Source: an uncultured Holophagales bacterium (GTDB lineage Bacteria > Acidobacteriota > Thermoanaerobaculia > Multivoradales > UBA5704). From it: a stretch of 64,000 bases of DNA. Below are positions 1 to 10,641 of the stretch, one piece after another. The notes below the pieces were generated by a model that made no database searches, was not told where the DNA came from, and was given only the letters and a program-made list of their open reading frames with translations. A program made the position numbers and the translations under genes. The stretch's first letter is position 1; every line of letters begins with the position of its first letter. The DNA lies in contig CAWJGT010000001.1 of the NCBI GenBank assembly GCA_963842525.1, positions 256,001-320,000 on the forward strand. Direction: 5' to 3'.

Positions 1-450
1 GGCGATCACGATCTCCACCGGGCCCAACTCGGTCAGGCGGGCGGCCCGCTTGGCGAGCGCCAGAGCCGCATAGAAAGCTGTATCCGGCTTCGCCAGGACC
101 TCGTCGGCGTAGACCGTGATGGTCCAGTCGGGCAGATCGACAGCCTCGTCGCGGCCGAAACGGCTGCGGATCCGGCCTTCGGCGATGGGGCCGATGCGGG
201 TCACCGGCCAGCTCCGCCCGTCCTCGATGACCACTAGGTCTTCGGGGCCGAGCGCCGCCTGCTTCAAGGCCGAGAGCTCCGGCACGGACGAGAGCCGCGG
301 CAGCTCGACCACCATCTCGACCTCCCGGACCTCGATCTCCTCGGCCAGGGTCTGGGGAGGCGGGGCGGCCTTCTCTTGAGCCAGGCCGAGGCCGGCGAGG
401 AGCGCTGCCACGAGGGCACCCGCGAGGATGGGTCGAGCTTGTGGACGCAT
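1..450 (-). CDS. Exported hypothetical protein, 3' end outside the window (N-terminus resembles acidobacterial VWA-related proteins)
   Basis: Own translation: ATG at 450, MRPQARPILAGALVAALLAGLGLAQEK (signal peptide), then EEIEVREVEMVV...EDLVVIEDG; open to the window edge. Not in the ORF track. Confidence 0.65.
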   Translation of the reverse strand, partial: MRPQARPILAGALVAALLAGLGLAQEKAAPPPQTLAEEIEVREVEMVVELPRLSSVPELSALKQAALGPEDLVVIEDGRSWPVTRIGPIAEGRIRSRFGRDEAVDLPDWTITVYADEVLAKPDTAFYAALALAKRAARLTELGPVEIVIA

Positions 451-495
451 CTGCGAGAGCTGTTCGCAAACTGCGTGCCTTCCGGAAAGCCCTGC

Positions 496-777
496 TCAGT
501 ACACTTCGTCGTGGCTGCCCACGGTCTCCAGAAGAATCGCTTCCGAACCTTCGTGTTCGACGAAGCTGAAGAGGACCCGGAGGTCGTACCCGCCGCTGCA
601 GGCCCAGGATCCCTCCAGCTTCCCTTTGAGCTTGTGCGTGCGAAGCCGGGGATCGAACGCATCCTCCGCGAGGAGACTCATGGCCGTGCCGAGGTCGCGG
701 GCCAGGGAAGCGTCTTTCCTGATCGTGCGGCGGGCGGCCCGCAGGAAACCGGGAGACGGCAGGAGCAGCCGGTTCAC
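496..777 (-). CDS. Type II toxin, RelE/YafQ-like mRNA interferase
   Basis: ~93 aa with LRTHKLKGKLEGSWACSGGYDLRVLF...VGSHDEVY; GTG start overlaps the antitoxin stop (GTGA). Confidence 0.85.
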   Translation of the reverse strand: MNRLLLPSPGFLRAARRTIRKDASLARDLGTAMSLLAEDAFDPRLRTHKLKGKLEGSWACSGGYDLRVLFSFVEHEGSEAILLETVGSHDEVY

Positions 778-977
778 GCGAGGATGTCGCCGAGGATCTC
801 GTCCGGCGTTTTTGGGGCGCATCGGCCCGCCTGGAAATCGTGTCGGGCCTGCTGGATCTCCTTCGCCAGTCCTCCCCGGCGGCGCTCGATGAGCCGGCGG
901 CGTACGATCTCGACCAGCTCGGCCTGCTCCTCGATGGTCATCTCGTCAACGGCATCCAAGAGCTCAGCGAATCGCAT
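774..977 (-). CDS. Putative antitoxin
   Basis: 67 aa with an acidic N-terminus, directly upstream of and overlapping the RelE-like toxin. Confidence 0.75.
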   Translation of the reverse strand: MRFAELLDAVDEMTIEEQAELVEIVRRRLIERRRGGLAKEIQQARHDFQAGRCAPKTPDEILGDILA

Positions 978-1014
978 CGGACCTCCTATCTACGAGGCCA
1001 GTATACCGCTGCAC

Positions 1015-2731
1015 CTACCGGGCCGGATTGACGATCCCTCCCGTGCCGCTGCCGCGCGGGTCGGAGGCGGCTTCGACCCAGCCGTCGGCGAGACGGCGGA
1101 CGATGTGGACCTTGGCGGTGAGGTCGCTGACGTTGATCGTGTGGCCGCGGCGCTCCAGGTCGGCTCGGGTCTCGGGCGACAGGGTGTCGAATTCGGCGTC
1201 CAGGCGGTCGGGGAGCCACTGGTGGTGGAGGCGCGGACGGTCGAGCGCGGCCTGCAAGGGGTCGCCGTCGACGATCAGGTTGAGCAGCACCTGGGTGGTG
1301 TTGGTGGGGATGCGCGAGCCCCCCCGGCCTCCCAGGGCGACCGCCTCCTTGCCCTTCCAGGCGATCGTCGGCGTCATCGAGGAGAGCATCCGCTTGCCGG
1401 GGACGACCGCGTTGGCATCGCCCTGGACCAGGCCGAACATGTTGGGACGGCCCGGCGCCGCGGCGAAGTCGTCCATCTCGTTGTTGAGGAAGAAGCCAGC
1501 CTCGGGCACATAGAGGCCGCAGCCGAAGAGGCCGTTCAGCGTGGTGGTGAGGGCCACCAGGTTGCCCTCGCCGTCGACGACCGACAGGTGGGTCGTCTCG
1601 CCGCTCCCGGCGACCTGCTCGGTCCCCGGCCAGGGGTGGATCTTGCTGGACGCGGTGGCGCGCTGGCGGACGATGCCGCGCGCCCGCTTGGCGATCCAGT
1701 CGGGGTCGAGGAGCTGCGCGGCCGTTGCCTTCGTGGTCGTCGGATCGCCGAGCAGGAAGCGGTCGGCGTAGGCGCGGCGGAACGACTCGGCGAGCAGGTG
1801 GCCGCGCTCGGCGCCATGGCGCGGCAGCTCCTTCCAGCCCAGGCGCTCGAGCATGCCGAGCGTCTGCCCGAGGATGATGCCGCCCGATGAGGGGAGCCCC
1901 ATCGAGGCGACCTTCCAGCCGAAAGCGTCGAAGACCAGCGGATCGCGCCAGGCGGGCTGGTAGGCGCCGAGGTCGGCGGCGGTGAGCACGCCGCCGTGGC
2001 GTCGCGAGGCGGCCTCGATGGCCGCGGCGGCCGGGCCGGTGGCGATCCCCTGCGGGCCCAGCTCGGCATAGCGGGCCAGCGTGGCCGCGAGGCTCGGGCA
2101 GGCGCAGGACGGTGCCGACGGCCAGCGGCTCACCCCCCGGATACCAGACCTGCGCGGTCTCCGGGAAGTTGAGGAGGAGCTTCCGGGTCTCCTTGGCGTC
2201 GAGCAGGTCGTGCAGATGGCGGTCGACCGGGAACCCCTCGGCCGCCAGCTTGAGGGCGGGGGCCACCACCTGGGCCCACGGCAGGCGCCCGTGCCGGCGG
2301 TGCAGCTCCCAGAGCCCGGCCGGCGAGCCGGGGACGCCGGCGGCGAGCGGCCCGACGACCGAAGCGCCGGGGATCGGCTCCCCCTTCTCGTCGAGGTACA
2401 TGCCGCGCCGCGCCGCGGCCGGCGCGACCTCCCGGAAGTCGAGGCTGGTTACCTGGTCCCCCATCCTGACCAGAGCGAAACCGCCGCCGCCGAGGTTGCC
2501 GGCCTCGGGATAGGTCACCGCGAGTGCCAGCGCGGTGGCCACCGCCGCGTCGACCGCGTTGCCTCCGGCTCGCAGGGCCTCCACCCCGGCCTGCGTGGCC
2601 AGAGGGTCGCCCGAGGACACCGCTCCACCGGTGCCGGTCGGCGCGCGCGGCGAGGCGGCGAGCGCCGGCAGGACGAGGAGGAGGGTCCAGGTGGTCGAGA
2701 GGACGGGGACAAGGCGGTGTCGTCGCATCAC
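1015..2731 (-). CDS. ggt: Gamma-glutamyltransferase, one frameshift near 2090
   Basis: N-half GGNAVDAAVA...GNLGGGGF...DFREVAP (ORF 986..2731); C-half ETTHLSVVD (catalytic Thr), LNNEMDDF, MLSSMTP (ORF 1015..2133); signal peptide. Confidence 0.9.
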
Positions 2732-2797
2732 GGTCTCCAGCGGGAGGTCGGTCCGCGCAAGAGGATAGCGGAGTTTCCGCGCGCGGCGCGCGGGGTG

Positions 2798-3527
2798 TCA
2801 GGGGAGGAGGGTCCGCTCCCGCTCCAGCCGTGCGCGGGCGGCGAGGTCCGGGTCGCGGATCTCCTTGTACCGCAGCTCCGCCTGCCGGAACAGCGAGGCC
2901 GCCTCCCGGGTGCGGCCCTGAGTGCGGCGCAGGGAGGCCTCGAATTCGAGCAGCCGCGCCTCGACCAGCAGGTCGCCGGTGCCGTGGGCGAGGCGGCCCG
3001 CCGCCTCACGGAGAGCCTCTTCCGCTCCCGGGAGGTCCGCGGTGCGGAGACGGCTCCGGCCTACGCAGGCCCAGGCCCGCGCCTCCATGTCCTTGACCAC
3101 GGGGGGGGCGTGGAGGCTCGGGGTCGAGGTGGGCCGCCGCGCGGAGGGCCAGCTGGGCGAGACGGGCGCATTCCTCCGGGTCCGCCTCCTCCGTCGCGAG
3201 GCTCCGCTCCAACAGCGCCTCGCCGACCCCCCAGATGTGGAGGAGCGGATCGCTCTCCACCCTCTCCGCCTGCGCGGCGGGCGGCAGGTCGAGGAGCGAC
3301 TCGCAGAGGGCAGGGGCTTCTGCGCGCTCCCGTTCGAGCGTCGCCCGGGCGCGGGCGAGCTGTTCCAGGAGAAGGGAGTCCTCCTCGAAATCCGGGAGCA
3401 GCAGGTCGGGATCAGGGTCCACGATGATCAGCTCGCCCGGGTCGCTGTCGAGGCCGTCGACGCCGAGCCCCTCCGGCGGTAACCGGTCCGGCACAAGCGC
3501 ACAGACTCCGGCGAGATCGGGTTTCAT
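2798..3527 (-). CDS. Helical/TPR-like hypothetical protein, frameshift in the G run near 3101-3108
   Basis: ORFs 3006..3527 and 2798..3100 join into one helical-repeat protein (ARLAQLALRAA...KDMEARAWACVG...AEEALREA). Confidence 0.6.
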
Positions 3528-3612
3528 GCCGTCCGTCCTACGCAGTCGTCCCCAGCTTCAAGAGACAGTTGCCAAAGACAGTGTCTTCAGGCCTCGAAAA
3601 GCGGACGAGCGC

Positions 3613-4759
3613 TCAGCCGACCTGCTGCGGCTGGAGGAGCTCGGCCGTGGCCGGGTGAACGATCCGGCCCTCGTGCGTCAAGAGGGAGCCGGCGAGCACC
3701 TCGTCCTGGACATCGACGGTGAGGCGTCCGTCTTTCCACAAAAGAAAAAATAAGGCCAGCACGTTGCGGGCATAGAGAGCGCTCGCGTCGTGCGGCATGG
3801 TGGCAGGCAGGTTCAACGGCCCCAGGATGAGGACGCCGCCGTGGACCACCTCGCGGTCCGCCTGCGAAAGCTCGCAGTTGCCCCCCTGCTCGACCGCGAG
3901 GTCGACGATCACCGAGCCGGGGCGCATCGCCCGCACCATGTCGGCGGTGACCAGCCGCGGCGCCGGCCGGCCCGGCACCAGCGCGGTGGTGATCACCGCG
4001 TTGGCCTGGGCGAGATGCTGCTGGACGATCTCGCGCTGCCGGCGCAGGAAGTCCTCGCCCATCTCGCGCGCATACCCGCCGGTCCCCTCGCCGCTCTCGG
4101 CGAGCGGCAGCTCGATGAAGCGGGCGCCTAGCGACTGTACCTGCTCCTTGACCGCCGGCCGGATGTCCGACACCTCGACGATGGCTCCCAGCCGGCGGGC
4201 GGTGGCGACCGCCTGCAGGCCCGCGACGCCGGCGCCCATGACCACGACCCGCGCCGGCTTGATCGTGCCGGCGGCGGTCATCAGCAGCGGGAGGTACTTG
4301 GGCAGCCGCAGCGCCGCCAGCAGGACCGCCTTGTAGCCCGCGATGTTGGCCTGCGAAGAGAGGGCGTCCATGGGCTGGGCGCGCGTGATGCGGGGCACCA
4401 GCTCCATCGCCAGGGAGGTCACTCCCTGGTCGGCGAAGGCGCGCACCGTGTCGAGCTCCCGGAACGGCGCGAGGAGCCCAATCACCACAGCCCCCGGCTT
4501 CAGGGCGGCGGCCTCGTCGAGCCTCCGGAGCCACCACCTTGAGCACGGCGTCGGCGGCGCTCCAGGCCTCCGGCCCACCTGCCACGATCCGCGCACCGGC
4601 GGCTTCGTATTCGGAATCCAGGAAGAAGGCGGACGCGCCGGCGCCTCGCTCGACGCCCACGTCCAAGCCGGCCTTCACCAGGCGCTTCACGGTCTCGGGG
4701 GTGGCCGCGACCCGGGTCTCGCCCGGCCGCCGCTCTTTTGGGATCAACACATGGGCCAT
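3613..4759 (-). CDS. pntA: NAD(P) transhydrogenase alpha subunit, soluble domain I only (PntAA), frameshift near 4525
   Basis: IPKERRPGETRVAATPETV, PRITRAQPMDALSSQANIAGYKAV, GAGVAGL, GGYA, DLAVEQGGNC motifs across two frames. Confidence 0.9.
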
Positions 4760-4772
4760 AGGAAAGCAGATC

Positions 4773-5804
4773 CTATCTCAGCTCGTCGCCGGGGAGCCGC
4801 TCCGGGTCCTCGTCGAGATGAAGGTCGCGCGCCGCCTGGGAGTGCTCGAAGTCGACCTCCGCCTGCGCCGGAGCGGGAGCCTCCTCGGGCGGGGCCGGCC
4901 GCAGCAGCGAGACCACGACCGAGACGGCCAGGATGCCCAGGACGATTCCGAGCGACAGCTCGATCGGGATCTCGAACCAGTCGTGGACCAGCATCTTCGC
5001 CCCGACGAAGACGAGCACCAGGCCCAGGCCGGAGCTCAGGTATTGAAATTTGTGCATCAGCCCGGCGAGAAGGAAATACAGCGCCCGCAGCCCCAGGATG
5101 GCGAAGATGTTGGACGTGAACACGATAAAGGGATTGCGCGTCACCCCGAAGATGGCGGGGATCGAGTCGACCGCGAAGACCACGTCGGTGGCCTCGATCA
5201 CGACGAGCACCAGCATCAGCGGCGTGGCCAGCCACCGTCCCTGCTCCCGGATGAAGAAGCGCTTGCCGTGGTAGTGCGGGGTCAAGGGGACGAAGCGCTG
5301 GAAGAGCTTGAGGACCGGGTTTTTCTCCGGATGGACCTCGGTCTCCTTCTGGGACAGGATCTTGATCCCGGTGTAGACCAGGAAGCCGCCGAAGACGAAG
5401 ATCAGCCAGGAGAAGCGGGCCAGCAGGGCCGTGCCCATGGCGATGAAGATGCCGCGGGAGATGAGCGCTCCGAGGATGCCCCAGAACAGCACCCGGTGCT
5501 GGTACTCCGGCGGCACCGCGAAATAGCTGAAGATGACGATGAAGACGAAGATATTGTCGAAGCTGAGCGACTTCTCGATGACGTAGCCGGTCAGGAACTC
5601 GAGGCCGACCTGCGGGCCGAAGCGCCTGTAGACCCAGAAGTTGAAGAGCAGGGAGATGGCGATCCACACCAGGCTCCAGGAGAGGGCCTCCCGGAGCCCG
5701 ACCCGGTGGACCTTGCGGTTGAACACGCCCAGATCGAGCGCCAGCAGAGCGAAGATCAGGGCGAGGAACGAGCCCCATTGCAGAGGGGTGCCGATGGTGT
5801 CCAT
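4773..5804 (-). CDS. terC: TerC/Alx family membrane protein
   Basis: IEKSLSFDNIFVF, YQHRVLFWGILGALI, DVVFAVDSIPAIF, SNIFAILGLRALYF motifs. Confidence 0.92.
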   Translation of the reverse strand: MDTIGTPLQWGSFLALIFALLALDLGVFNRKVHRVGLREALSWSLVWIAISLLFNFWVYRRFGPQVGLEFLTGYVIEKSLSFDNIFVFIVIFSYFAVPPEYQHRVLFWGILGALISRGIFIAMGTALLARFSWLIFVFGGFLVYTGIKILSQKETEVHPEKNPVLKLFQRFVPLTPHYHGKRFFIREQGRWLATPLMLVLVVIEATDVVFAVDSIPAIFGVTRNPFIVFTSNIFAILGLRALYFLLAGLMHKFQYLSSGLGLVLVFVGAKMLVHDWFEIPIELSLGIVLGILAVSVVVSLLRPAPPEEAPAPAQAEVDFEHSQAARDLHLDEDPERLPGDELR

Positions 5805-5874
5805 GGGGCTGAAGGTCGTCTCGCGTACGTAGGCCGATCCGCTCCGGGCTGGCAGAGCATACCCGAAGGGGAGG

Positions 5875-5908
5875 AAAGAGAAACGCCCCGCGAGCCCGGG
5901 CGGGGCGT
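5875..5908 (-). terminator. Probable intrinsic terminator of the SWIB gene
   Basis: ACGCCCCG...CGGGGCGT stem followed by TTCTCTTT on the minus strand. Confidence 0.5.
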
Positions 5909-5963
5909 GGTCGGCGCCGCCGGAGGAGGACGGCCGGCCTTGGAAAGGCCGGGCTCTCCGAGG

Positions 5964-6231
5964 CTACTTGAGGTGGCTGTTCACCAGCTTGGTCATTTCG
6001 AACATGCTGACCGAGTCTTTGCCGTTGAACACCTTTTTCAGCTTGTCGTCGGCCCGGATGGTCCGCTTGTCCTTGGGATCCTGGAGGTTGTTGCTCCTGA
6101 TGTAGTCCCAGATCTTCTTGGTGACTTCGGTGCGGGGGATGGGCTCGGAGCCGACCACCGCGGCCAGGGCCTCGTCCGGCTGCATCGGTTTCATGAAGGC
6201 GCCTCCTGAGCTTCTTCTTTGCTGCTGCCAT
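5964..6231 (-). CDS. Stand-alone SWIB/MDM2 domain protein; likely frameshift near 6208, alternative in-frame ATG at 6194
   Basis: AFMKPMQPDEALAAVVG...RTEVTKKIWDYIRSNNLQDPKDKRTIRADDKLKKVF...MFEMTKLVNSHL; strong RBS GAGGAGGAG before ATG 6231 (MAAAKKK). Confidence 0.88.
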
Positions 6232-6410
6232 CGTGCTCCTCCTCTATCCGGAAAGCGTTGGAAATCGTGAACTGCCGGCGAAACCTTCGCCCCGAGGCCC
6301 ATGCAATTTCCCGGCCTCCAGAGGGCGACCCTCCTCTTTCCTTCCACACTGGCACAGGAGGAGCCGTCACGGCAAGTCCGGGGGGCCCTTGTGCTAATTT
6401 TCCCCCCGCC

Positions 6411-7076
6411 ATGGCCTCCCGCTCCCTGTTCATCACCTTCGAGGGCCTCGACGGCAGCGGCAAGTCCACCCACCTGCGGCGGGCGGCCGCCTGGCTGGAG
6501 GGGCGGGGGATCCCCTGTGTCGTGACCCACGAGCCGGGCGGGACGCCGCTCGGCGACGCGTTGCGCGCGGTCTTCCTCGACAAGCGCTGGGGGGAGATGG
6601 ACGGCACGGTCGAGCTGCTGCTGGTCTTCGCCAGCCGGCGCCAGCACCTGCTCGAGGTGATCGAGCCGGCCCTGGCCGCCGGCAGGCACGTGCTCTGCGA
6701 CCGCTTCACCGACTCGACCCGCGCCTACCAGGGGTATGGACGCGGCGTGCCGCTGGACATCATCGCGCAGGTCGACCGCGTGGCCACGGGCGGGCGGACG
6801 CCGGACCATACCCTGCTGTTCGACCTGCCGGAGGAGGCGGCGCGGGAGCGCGGGCATTCGCCTTCGCGCACCAGCCGCGGCGGCGCCGACCGCCTGGACG
6901 CCGAGGGATTGGCCTTCTATGGCCGGGTGCGCCGCGGCTTCCTGGCGCTTGCCGCGGCCGAGCCGGAGCGCTTCCGGGTGGTGGATTCCTCCGGGAGCAG
7001 CGAGCGCACCCAGGAGGAGGTGCTGGCGGTGCTCGGCGGCTGGCTGGGTATGGGGGAGAGGGGGGAGGGGGCGTGA
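6411..7076 (+). CDS. tmk: Thymidylate kinase
   Basis: FITFEGLDGSGKST, HEPGGT, LCDRFTDST motifs. Confidence 0.95.
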   Translation: MASRSLFITFEGLDGSGKSTHLRRAAAWLEGRGIPCVVTHEPGGTPLGDALRAVFLDKRWGEMDGTVELLLVFASRRQHLLEVIEPALAAGRHVLCDRFTDSTRAYQGYGRGVPLDIIAQVDRVATGGRTPDHTLLFDLPEEAARERGHSPSRTSRGGADRLDAEGLAFYGRVRRGFLALAAAEPERFRVVDSSGSSERTQEEVLAVLGGWLGMGERGEGA

Positions 7077-7912
7077 GCCTCGCCAGCGCGCTGGAGACCG
7101 CCCGCAACGGCCGGCTCTATCCGGCGGTGATCCTCCACGGCCGGGACGCGGCGGCCCGGCAGCAGGCGGCGCTGGAGCTCGCCCGCACCCTGCTGTGCGA
7201 CAGCGCTTCGCCCGCGGCGCGCCCCTGCGGCGTCTGCCGGCACTGCCGGCGGATCGTCTGGCCGGCCGCCGATGGGCAGGGGCTCTTCCATCCCGACTTC
7301 CAGGTGCTGGAGCGTGATCTCAAGACCTCGACCTCGGTCGAGGCCACCCGCGAGTTGCTGAAGACGGCCCAGGTGTCCCCTTTCGAGGCGCGCGGCCAGG
7401 TCTTCGTGATCGCCAGCGCCGAGACCCTGAGCGGCGAGGCGGCCAACTCACTGCTCAAGAACCTGGAGGAGCCGTACACGACGGCACCCCGCCACTTCCT
7501 GCTCCTCGCCCCGGCGAGCCTCGACCTGCTGCCGACCTTGCGCAGCCGGTCGCTCGCCATCTTCCTGGGACCGGCGGAGGCGGTCGATCCGGCCGCCGCC
7601 GAGCCGATCGCGCGCGCCTTCGCCGCCGCCCTGGACGGCTGGGAGCAGAGCCGCGCCGCCATCTACCTGCTCACCGCGGCCGAGGCGCTTTCCGGGGCCG
7701 GCGGCTGGGAGGACCCGCGGGCCGCCCGCCCGTGGGGGCTCGCCGCGGCCGCGGTCCTGCGTTCGCTCGAAACAGGTCTGGGCGCCTCCCCGGCCGCGCG
7801 CCGTGCCCGCCTGGCGCTGGCCGAGGCCCTCCTCGGCGGCCCCGCGATGCGTCTGCGCGGGATCACCGCGGAGCGCATCCTGGAAGGGCTGGTCGCGCGG
7901 TATCTGGGTTGA
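7073..7912 (+). CDS. holB: DNA polymerase III delta' subunit
   Basis: Follows tmk; C..PCGVCRHC zinc motif, HPDF, AANSLLKNLEEP, LLPTLRSR. Confidence 0.88.
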   Translation: MSLASALETARNGRLYPAVILHGRDAAARQQAALELARTLLCDSASPAARPCGVCRHCRRIVWPAADGQGLFHPDFQVLERDLKTSTSVEATRELLKTAQVSPFEARGQVFVIASAETLSGEAANSLLKNLEEPYTTAPRHFLLLAPASLDLLPTLRSRSLAIFLGPAEAVDPAAAEPIARAFAAALDGWEQSRAAIYLLTAAEALSGAGGWEDPRAARPWGLAAAAVLRSLETGLGASPAARRARLALAEALLGGPAMRLRGITAERILEGLVARYLG

Positions 7913-8006
7913 TCCACCCCTGTGCTAAAATGCCCGCCTGTTTTTGGAGTCCTCGATGGATTCGAGTCTCAGCCCCCAGGGGTCAAACGCGAAAAGGAGT
8001 CACCCA

Positions 8007-9077
8007 ATGAACCAGTTCACACGACGGGCCGGCGTCCTGGCCCTGATCCTGGCGCTCGGCGCCTGGATTCCGGCCTGCTCGGCGCAGGACAACACGAAGC
8101 CCTCGCCGGCGGGCAAGGCTGCGGGAGCCGGCGAGGTGCTCGCCACGGTCAATGGCCAGCCGATCACCGACGCCGACGTGCGCCGGGAGTCCGCCGAGCA
8201 GTTCGCGCGGCTGGAGAGCGAGTACAAGAAGAACCAGCACGACCTTCTCGAGGGGCGGCTCAACGAGATCATCCAGAACCGGCTGCTCGACGCCGAGGCC
8301 AAGGCCCGGAACACCACCAGGGAGCAGGTGCTCGCCGGCATCGCGTCCGCCGAGGTGACCGACGACGAAGTCGACGCCTTCTACGAGCAGAACAAGGCGC
8401 AGATCCCGCGCCCGAAGGAGCAGGTCGCGTCGCAGATCAAGGCCTACCTGGGCCAGCAGCGGCAGATGGAGACGCGCGCCAAGCTCTTCGAGGAGCTCCA
8501 GGCCAAATACAAGGTCGACATCAAGATGGAGCCGATGCGTGCCGATGTGGCCGCCATCGGCCCGGCCCAGGGCGGCCCGGCGAGCGCGCCGGTGACCATC
8601 GTCGAGTTCTCCGACTTCCAGTGCCCGTTCTGCGCCCGCGTGCTCCCGACCCTGGAGCAGGTGAAGGCCAAGTACGGCGACAAGGTACGGATCGTCTTCC
8701 GCCAGTTCCCGCTCGGCATGCACCCGCAGGCCCAGAAGGCCGCCGAGGCTTCGCTGTGCGCCGATGAGCAGGGCAAGTTCTGGCAGATGCACGACGCGAT
8801 GTTCCAGAACCAGCAGCAGCTCGCGGTGGAAAACCTGAAGGCCAAGGCCACCGAGCTGGGGCTGAACGCGGAGCAGTTCAACTCCTGCCTCGACTCCGGC
8901 AAGTTCGCCAACCAGGTCGCCGCCGACATGAAGGAGGGCGAGGCCGCGGGCGTCACCGGCACGCCGGCGATGTTCGTCAACGGCCGCTTCATCAACGGTG
9001 CGGTCCCGTTCGAGCAGATCGCCGTGGTGATCGACGACGAGCTGCGCCGCAAGGGCGACAACAGCTCCTCGAAGTAA
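8007..9077 (+). CDS. Exported DsbA-family oxidoreductase with SurA-like N-terminal helices
   Basis: Signal/lipoprotein peptide; LATVNGQPIT; VEFSDFQCPFC; GVTGTPAMFVNG. Confidence 0.88.
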   Translation: MNQFTRRAGVLALILALGAWIPACSAQDNTKPSPAGKAAGAGEVLATVNGQPITDADVRRESAEQFARLESEYKKNQHDLLEGRLNEIIQNRLLDAEAKARNTTREQVLAGIASAEVTDDEVDAFYEQNKAQIPRPKEQVASQIKAYLGQQRQMETRAKLFEELQAKYKVDIKMEPMRADVAAIGPAQGGPASAPVTIVEFSDFQCPFCARVLPTLEQVKAKYGDKVRIVFRQFPLGMHPQAQKAAEASLCADEQGKFWQMHDAMFQNQQQLAVENLKAKATELGLNAEQFNSCLDSGKFANQVAADMKEGEAAGVTGTPAMFVNGRFINGAVPFEQIAVVIDDELRRKGDNSSSK

Positions 9078-9099
9078 GCGCCGCCCCGGGCGAGCTGAG

Positions 9100-9160
9100 A
9101 GGGGCGTCCCGCGATGCCGGTCGATCCAATCGATCCGGCACCGGGGGCCGCCCCTTTTCC
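9100..9160 (+). terminator. Probable terminator hairpin
   Basis: AGGGGCG...TGCCGGTCGAT ccaa TCGATCCGGCA...CGCCCCT followed by TTT. Confidence 0.5.
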
Positions 9161-9186
9161 TTGCGCTCCCGATATGATCCTCCGTC

Positions 9187-10641
9187 ATGCCTGGAGACCT
9201 CCCTGACGACGACGTCCGCCGGGCGCTCCACCGCGCCGCCGACCACATTGCCGACTACCTCGCGGGAGTCGGCGGCCGCCCTGTCGTGCCGGCGGTCGCG
9301 CCGGGCGACGTGGCGCGGCAGCTCCCCGTCGCGGCGCCGCACGAGCCCGAGCCGCTCGACCGCATCCTCGACGACTACGAGCGGCTGATCGAGCCGAACG
9401 TCACCCACTGGAACCATCCGGGGTTCCTGGCCTACTTCGGCATCACCGGCTCCGGTCCGGGGATCGTGGGCGAGGCGCTCGCCGCCTCCCTGAACAACAA
9501 CGCCATGCTCTGGCGCACCTCGCCGGCCGCCACCGAGCTCGAAGAGCGGGTCTGCGACTGGCTCCGCCAGATGATGGACCTCCCCCCGCGATTCCGCGGC
9601 CACATCAACGACACCGCCTCGACCAGCAGCCTGGTGGCGCTGGCCGCCGCCCGCCACCGCCTGCCAGGCCTCGACGTGCGGGAGTGCGGGTTGGCCGGCC
9701 GGCCGGAGGTGCCGCCGCTCATCCTCTATGCGAGCGATCAGGCCCACTCGTCCATCGACAAGGCGGCGATCGTCCTCGGCCTGGGGACCGGGAACGTGCG
9801 GCGGGTGGAGAGCGACGCCGGCTTCCGCATGTCGGTCCCGGCGCTGGAGGCGGCGATCGCCGAGGACCGCGCGGCCGGGCGCCTGCCCATGGCCGTGGTG
9901 GCGACCGCGGGCACGACGTCGACCACCAGCATCGACCCGATCCCCGCGATCGCCGACCTCTGCGAGCGTGAGGGGATCTGGCTGCACGCCGACGCCGCCT
10001 ACGCCGGCTCGGCCGCCATCTGCCCGGAGCTCCGGGCCCTGATGCCCGGTCTCGAGCGGGCCGACTCGATCGTGACCAACCCGCACAAATGGCTGTTCAC
10101 GCCGGTCGACTGCTCGATCCTCTACGTGCGCGACCCGGAGCTCCTGCGCGCCGCCTTCTCGCTGATCCCCGAGTACCTGCGCACCGACGAGGCGGGGGTG
10201 ACGAACCTGATGGACACCGGCTTCCAGCTCGGCCGCCGCTTCCGCGCGCTCAAGCTCTGGATGGTGATCCGCGCCTACGGCGTCCAAGGGCTGCGGGAGC
10301 GCATCCGCGAGCACTGCGCCCTGGCGCGCGAGCTCGCGGCGCGGATCGAGGCCGATCCCGCCTTCGAGCTGGCCGCGCCCGTCCCCTTCAGCGCCGTCTG
10401 TTTCCGGGCCCTGCCGGCGGACCCCGGCGCCACGCCGGAGGAGCAGGACCGGCTCAACGAGACGCTGCTCCGGCAGGTCAATGCCGCGGGCCCCTTCTTC
10501 CTCTCGCCCACGAGCCTGGGCGGCCGCCTCACTCCGCGGGTGGCGATCGGCAACATCCGGACCTCCCGCGAGCACATCGACGCGCTCTGGAGTCTGCTGG
10601 CGGAGACCGTGGCGACGCTGCGGTCCGCGGGGACGGCCTGA
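9187..10641 (+). CDS. PLP-dependent group II aromatic-L-amino-acid decarboxylase
   Basis: THWNHPGFLAYF, SPAATELE, AHSSIDKA, HADAAYAG, NPHKW (PLP Lys), LGRRFRALKLW. Confidence 0.9.
   Translation: MPGDLPDDDVRRALHRAADHIADYLAGVGGRPVVPAVAPGDVARQLPVAAPHEPEPLDRILDDYERLIEPNVTHWNHPGFLAYFGITGSGPGIVGEALAASLNNNAMLWRTSPAATELEERVCDWLRQMMDLPPRFRGHINDTASTSSLVALAAARHRLPGLDVRECGLAGRPEVPPLILYASDQAHSSIDKAAIVLGLGTGNVRRVESDAGFRMSVPALEAAIAEDRAAGRLPMAVVATAGTTSTTSIDPIPAIADLCEREGIWLHADAAYAGSAAICPELRALMPGLERADSIVTNPHKWLFTPVDCSILYVRDPELLRAAFSLIPEYLRTDEAGVTNLMDTGFQLGRRFRALKLWMVIRAYGVQGLRERIREHCALARELAARIEADPAFELAAPVPFSAVCFRALPADPGATPEEQDRLNETLLRQVNAAGPFFLSPTSLGGRLTPRVAIGNIRTSREHIDALWSLLAETVATLRSAGTA

Noticed and set aside
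3098-3110. Phase-variable poly-G tract
   Set aside because: Only eight G, in a region with many non-homopolymer indels; sequencing error is more likely.
5805-5963. yybP-ykoY manganese riboswitch upstream of terC
   Set aside because: Only fragments (AGTAGC, GCGAGAC) resemble the consensus; the hairpins are better explained as the SWIB terminator. An Rfam scan would settle it.
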